A stretch of 40,212 nt of DNA from a virus. Its lineage: Duplodnaviria > Heunggongvirae > Uroviricota > Caudoviricetes. The position numbers were made by a program, and so were the translations under genes. Below, piece by piece: positions 36,390 through 40,212 of the stretch (the stretch's first letter is position 1; each line of letters begins with the position of its first letter). The notes below the pieces were generated by a model. It ran no database searches. It saw nothing but the letters and a program-made list of their open reading frames with translations, and had not been told where the DNA came from. The stretch is from the IMG/VR virus record IMGVR_UViG_2541047498_000018. One strand, written 5' to 3'.

Positions 36390-38480
36390 TCAGGCCAGCG
36401 GGTCATTTTCTTTTAATTTCGCTTCCAGCAACTGCAATCCCCGCTGGAAATTACGCTCGTATTCTTCATCAGGTTCATCGTCAGCGACCGGTTGCTGAAC
36501 GGTCACCGTATTACCCACAGGGCGGTATATGTTTTCCAGCCAGGGCTCCTGCGGCTTGTGCTCCAGCACGTTGACAACCTCATCCTCGGCATCACGGATT
36601 TTTTCCTCTGCGCGTTTACGCATGCCTTTAAGGCGTTGCTGCTGTTTGTAGTATTCCGCGCTGACCGGGAAGGCTTCGCGTTTATTGCCGTCCCATACCG
36701 CCTCGCAAATCACGCTGCCATCCAGGCGACGTACGGTAATTCGTTCGGCATCATGAATGTCATAGCTGATAAGCACCTTACGGCCATGCTCGTCACGCAG
36801 CTCGGGCGCGTAGTAAATATTATTCAGCCAGCGTATTTCACAGCGTCTTACAGGGCGTTCCACCATCGGCCGGAACATATCCCGCAGCTCAACATCGGAC
36901 AGCCATTCAATTTCCGTGTCCTCTTCCGCCAGGCGTTTTTTTCTGAACTCCGCCGGGCTGTAATGCTTGCCGTTCGGCTTCACCGGTAATTCATCGTGCG
37001 GCCGGTTGTTGTACCACTCAACACCGTCACGAATGGCATCAATCAGTTCAGACCAGGACGGTAAATCACGCATCGCTGACTGCTGCCGGGCGTTCAGCCG
37101 TTTGCCCTGTTGCAGGGCAGTAAATGCCGAGCGTAAATCGCGGTTGGTTTTGCGTAACGTCTCGCGATCTGCACCTTTCCCGAAATAGGTGCGGTATTTA
37201 CGGGCTATGCGCATCGGTAATGTGCGGTTAAGCCGTTCGATAATGCCTCGTCCCTGCGGATTACCGGCAATCCCGGTCGGGTGATTAATCCCCAGTCGCG
37301 GCAGTATCCCCACAACCTCCTTATCCAGGATGTCGGCGGTTTCCCCGGAGCCGTTATCCGAGTAATACAGAAACGGTTTGCCGTGATGGCGAATGCCGTG
37401 CTGTATGGCACCGGCTACGGCGAAAACATTTTCAGCCAGGTCAAGGCTCCAGCCCACCACAAAGCGCGTGCCACCGTCGATAACAAAGGTCACTTCCGGT
37501 GCAAATGGCCGACCGTGAACCGGGTGTGCGCATTTCAGCTTCATGCCGTGACCGTCACCAATCCAGACATAATTCACCGGCATTCTGGACCAGTCGCGGC
37601 GCGTGAATCCCTCAAGCTGGCGGTATTCACTGCCGGTCACCCGGCCTTTTTGTTTCACCACTTCCGGCAGTTTCTTCATTGCGCGGCGAATGGTGTCATA
37701 AGACGGCATGATATCGAGCATATAAGGCTCATCAGCGTGCCGGTGCTGCCATTCAGCGACAAAATCCTCGTAAGCCTCGGTCATTGGTCGGCCGTTTGAC
37801 TGGCGATACTGCGCCAGAAATTCGGGCAGCCAGTTAATATCTTCGGCTTTTATTTCCTGGCGCTTACCCGGTGCCAGTAAAAGCAGGCGTTCAGCGGCGT
37901 TCTGCGCCTTGTTAAAGGCCGCAATCCAGCGTTTCAGCGTGATTTCACTTAACGCGCGGCTGTTTCCCTTTTTGGCGTTCGCCGTCTCAACCATTGCCAC
38001 AATGCGCTCGTCCAGCTGCGAACGTGCCAGGTTGTCAACGATAAACCGGATAGCCTTCGCACAGCTGAAACCAGGTTGTTGCGCGACTTTCAGAACTTCG
38101 CTGACGATCGCGATTCGTGCATCAGCCACCTGGCGCTGGTTTTCAGTCAGGGCATTAAGGCGTTCGACCATCAGTTGTGGTGATCCGCGATATGCCTCCA
38201 CCGCATCAACCACGGCAGGCGAGCGTCTGGCCTTTGTCACCACTGGAGCCGGTGATTCATCGACTTTTTGAGTCATCAGTTGCAGGGCGTAGCGTTCACG
38301 TAATGCCTGCTGCGTCACTTCAGGTAAACAGTCGATGCTGTATTCAGTTGCTTTAGAGCCTGAGCGACGACGGGAACAACAGCTTTTCCCTTGTACGTAA
38401 CGTTGTAATGCCTGGCGAATACCTTTTGTTGTAGCAGGCATTCCGGGCGCGCCAATCAGTTCTTTTGCAATGACATACAT
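36390..38480 (-). CDS. A: MuA-like DDE transposase
   Basis: 696-aa ORF immediately after ner, at the Mu A position and size (Mu A is 663 aa). Contains a DGHG motif consistent with a DDE catalytic core. Confidence 0.93.
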   Translation of the reverse strand: MYVIAKELIGAPGMPATTKGIRQALQRYVQGKSCCSRRRSGSKATEYSIDCLPEVTQQALRERYALQLMTQKVDESPAPVVTKARRSPAVVDAVEAYRGSPQLMVERLNALTENQRQVADARIAIVSEVLKVAQQPGFSCAKAIRFIVDNLARSQLDERIVAMVETANAKKGNSRALSEITLKRWIAAFNKAQNAAERLLLLAPGKRQEIKAEDINWLPEFLAQYRQSNGRPMTEAYEDFVAEWQHRHADEPYMLDIMPSYDTIRRAMKKLPEVVKQKGRVTGSEYRQLEGFTRRDWSRMPVNYVWIGDGHGMKLKCAHPVHGRPFAPEVTFVIDGGTRFVVGWSLDLAENVFAVAGAIQHGIRHHGKPFLYYSDNGSGETADILDKEVVGILPRLGINHPTGIAGNPQGRGIIERLNRTLPMRIARKYRTYFGKGADRETLRKTNRDLRSAFTALQQGKRLNARQQSAMRDLPSWSELIDAIRDGVEWYNNRPHDELPVKPNGKHYSPAEFRKKRLAEEDTEIEWLSDVELRDMFRPMVERPVRRCEIRWLNNIYYAPELRDEHGRKVLISYDIHDAERITVRRLDGSVICEAVWDGNKREAFPVSAEYYKQQQRLKGMRKRAEEKIRDAEDEVVNVLEHKPQEPWLENIYRPVGNTVTVQQPVADDEPDEEYERNFQRGLQLLEAKLKENDPLA

Positions 38481-38481
38481 A

Positions 38482-38730
38482 TCATGACGCCTTTCTCATA
38501 TAGCTCTTAACCTGGTATCGACTGGGCCAGATTTCTTCAGGCGATACCCCAAGAGCATCAGCAATTATTTGCTGATACGGTCGGCAAGGAGTACGTAATA
38601 CGCTTTTCAGCGAATCCCTGCTGTAACCAGCCTTTAAAGATAAAGAGCGCAGTGATAAGCCAGCCATGTGTAAGCGCGCCTTGATGATTTCAGGCGGCCA
38701 ATCGTGATCTGAAACTTCTCTTCTACTCAT
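38482..38730 (-). CDS. ner: Ner-like DNA-binding regulator (Ner/Nlp family)
   Basis: 82 aa with QIIADALGVSPEEIWPSRY, resembling the Mu Ner C-terminal region as recalled. Divergent from the repressor gene. Confidence 0.8.
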   Translation of the reverse strand: MSRREVSDHDWPPEIIKARLHMAGLSLRSLSLKAGYSRDSLKSVLRTPCRPYQQIIADALGVSPEEIWPSRYQVKSYMRKAS

Positions 38731-38897
38731 ACTTCCTCTATTCTAAAAAGTTACCCGCGCGGATATTCGTGCGGATATCTGTACGGGTAAATAATAGAAC
38801 AAACAAAAGAACCAAATCAAGGTATTTTGTTCTTTTTATTCTTTGCGGTGTTTTTGTTATTAATATCAATAAGATAAATACAAAGGAACCTGAGAGC
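38731..38897. promoter_or_regulatory. Divergent c / ner-A-B operator-promoter region (likely also the transpositional enhancer)
   Basis: 167-bp AT-rich intergenic region between divergent genes. Direct repeat GCGGATAT at 38777-38784 and 38790-38797; inverted repeat AAAAGAAC / GTTCTTTT at 38815-38822 and 38829-38836. Confidence 0.55.
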
Positions 38898-39482
38898 ATG
38901 AACATGAAAAACAGTTCTTTTCTCGACGAAGGAAAAGAACCAGTGATCGAACGGATTTTTCGTCTTGCAGAGCGTTACAAATCGAGAAGTGAGGCGGCTA
39001 GAGCATGGGGAATAAACGTTCAGACATTGCAGAACTACTACAAAAGGAGAAACAATCAGCCGCCACCACAACCAAGAAAGCACCATCTCCAGAACATTGC
39101 AGAAAGAGAACATGTATCTATGGAGTGGCTAGTCAATGGTTATGGTGATGAGCCAGGCATGAAAAAAGAACCAATTGAACAAACAAAAAGAACAAAAAAA
39201 CAAAGAATTGATGATAGTGATTCCATCATCATGAGGGCGTGGGACTCGCTAACTTCATCTGAACAAGAGATTTTGTCCAACTTATTGATCAGAAAAGGGG
39301 CCGAACTACTAACCGTTTTGCTTGATACAGATATTCAAAAACTGCACTCATTGAGCGGAGTCAAAAGAGCACTAGCATTGAGTCTACAAGAGTTACCCGA
39401 TGATACTGTAAGAGAGATTTATGAAGAATGTGAAGCTAAGGTTAATCATTTAAATGTAACCCAGAAAAAGGCTGGTGCGTAA
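38898..39482 (+). CDS. c: Lysogeny repressor (c-like), HTH DNA-binding protein
   Basis: ATG at 38898 (MNMKNSS...). The track ORF starts 129 nt upstream and would run through the operator region. Divergent from ner-A-B at the prophage left end. HTH-like segment RSEAARAWGINVQTLQNYY. Confidence 0.7.
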   Translation: MNMKNSSFLDEGKEPVIERIFRLAERYKSRSEAARAWGINVQTLQNYYKRRNNQPPPQPRKHHLQNIAEREHVSMEWLVNGYGDEPGMKKEPIEQTKRTKKQRIDDSDSIIMRAWDSLTSSEQEILSNLLIRKGAELLTVLLDTDIQKLHSLSGVKRALALSLQELPDDTVREIYEECEAKVNHLNVTQKKAGA

Positions 39483-39572
39483 GGGAGTGGTGCAATTTTT
39501 GTGCTGTAGTACACTCCTTTAAAGACAATCTGGAGAAAAACGTTTTAAGCCTTTTTAAAGCCATTTTAAGCG

Positions 39573-39747
39573 TCAATCCGTAGTATCAAAAGTTTTGCCG
39601 ATTTTAGAATAAACGATTAATTATTGCACAATCGGTATCAAATAGACTTTAAGCGCTCATCCAGACATCACCTGTTTTATTTCAGTATCTTACAGGTGAT
39701 TTCACCTCCTTTCACTAAAACCCTCGTTGGTATCAAATGATTCACCT
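39573..39747. repeat. Left-end (attL-side) transposase-binding repeat array, three spaced GTATCAAA sites inverted relative to the other end
   Basis: AGTATCA at 39582-39588, GGTATCA at 39634-39640 and 39729-39735 (reverse complement of TTGATACC). Wide spacing resembles Mu L1-L3. The terminal site GGTATCAAATGATTCA resembles the Mu L1 core in reverse complement. Confidence 0.6.
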
Positions 39748-40212
39748 GGTTACAAATACCCCCACAATTTATTCAGCTACAACACCAGAGAATAATCCGC
39801 CTCAGTTGGTTGCCAGCCTCGTCCCTGATGAACAGCGCATCAGCTTCTGGCCGCAGCATTTTGGCCTCATTCCACAGTGGGTCACCCTGGAGCCCCGTGT
39901 CTTCGGCTGGATGGACCGTCTGTGCGAAGACTACTGCGGTGGTATCTGGAATCTGTACACCCTGAACAACGGCGGGGCATTTATGGCCCCCGAACCGGAT
40001 GATGATGATGACGAAACATGGGTACTGTTCAATGCCATGAACGGTAACCGCGCTGAAATGAGCCCGGAAGCCGCCGGTATTGCCGCCTGTCTGATGACGT
40101 ACAGCCATCATGCCTGTCGTACGGAGAATTATGCCATGACGGTCCATTATTACCGGTTGCGGGATTACGCCCTGCAGCATCCGGAAGGCAGCGCCATTAT
40201 GCGCATCATTGA
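39737..40212 (+). CDS. Partial CDS: antirestriction protein (KlcA/ArdB family, YfjX/YafX-like); 3' end beyond the window
   Basis: Plus-strand frame is open from the ATG at 39737 to the window end. Translation ...WPQHFGLIPQWVTLEPRVFGWMDRLCEDYCGGIWNLYTLNNGGAFMAPEPDDDDDETWVLFNAMNGNRAEMSPEAAGIAACLMTYSHHACRTENYAMTVHYYRLRDYALQHPEGSAIMRII matches CP4-type island antirestriction proteins as recalled. The in-frame ATG lies inside the terminal repeat, so the native start is uncertain. Confidence 0.7.
   Translation, partial: MIHLVTNTPTIYSATTPENNPPQLVASLVPDEQRISFWPQHFGLIPQWVTLEPRVFGWMDRLCEDYCGGIWNLYTLNNGGAFMAPEPDDDDDETWVLFNAMNGNRAEMSPEAAGIAACLMTYSHHACRTENYAMTVHYYRLRDYALQHPEGSAIMRII

Larger units (their letters stand above)
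392..39744 (-). mobile_element. Complete Mu-like transposable prophage (c-ner-A-B ... S-G segment-gin-com-mom); boundaries approximate (+/- about 15 bp)
   Basis: Colinear Mu gene order read on the minus strand: MuA transposase, MuB, Gam, Mor/C-family activator, SAR endolysin, terminase, portal, Mu F, major head, sheath, tube, tape measure, baseplate, S, Gin, Com, Mom. MuA-site-like repeats at both ends. Both flanks share AGG(T)GAATCATT in inverted orientation (397-404 and 39736-39744). Confidence 0.85.

Noticed and set aside
39773-40180. 135-aa minus-strand ORF on the right flank
   Set aside because: It lies antisense to the plus-strand frame that encodes a recognisable antirestriction protein, so the minus-strand ORF is a shadow.

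Overview
The window is almost entirely one complete Mu-like transposable prophage (about 39.3 kb, roughly 392..39744), lying inverted so that its genes run on the minus strand from the right of the window to the left. The order is: c repressor (+ strand, 38898..39482), operator region, ner, transposase A, B, a block of about 17 small early genes including gam, a GemA-like gene and a Mor/C-family activator, a lysis cassette (SAR endolysin, candidate spanins), terminase, portal, Mu-F-like protein, G, I, major head, sheath, tube, tape measure, baseplate, tail fibre S, a Gin-invertible G-like segment, gin, and com-mom at the far end. Both ends carry MuA-binding-type repeats (TTTGATAC core). The flanks look like a CP4-type genomic island: a partial gene at 2..376 and a KlcA/ArdB-type antirestriction gene from 39737 running off the window. 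Three things stand out against the classical Mu layout. (1) A 3.3 kb cargo module sits between gin and com-mom, encoding a 679-aa SASA/SGNH O-acetylesterase (GQSNG motif, NanS-p-like) plus two small ORFs. (2) The invertible segment is compact (about 1.4 kb between two gix-like sites) and carries two alternative fibre tips but only one tail-fibre assembly gene, which is not co-oriented with the tip currently fused to S. (3) A perfect (GGCTTC)6 repeat encodes an (Ala-Glu)n tract in a head-region gene. No tRNA, rRNA or CRISPR array was seen. All homology statements come from reading the translations and from memory of the protein families; no database search was run.
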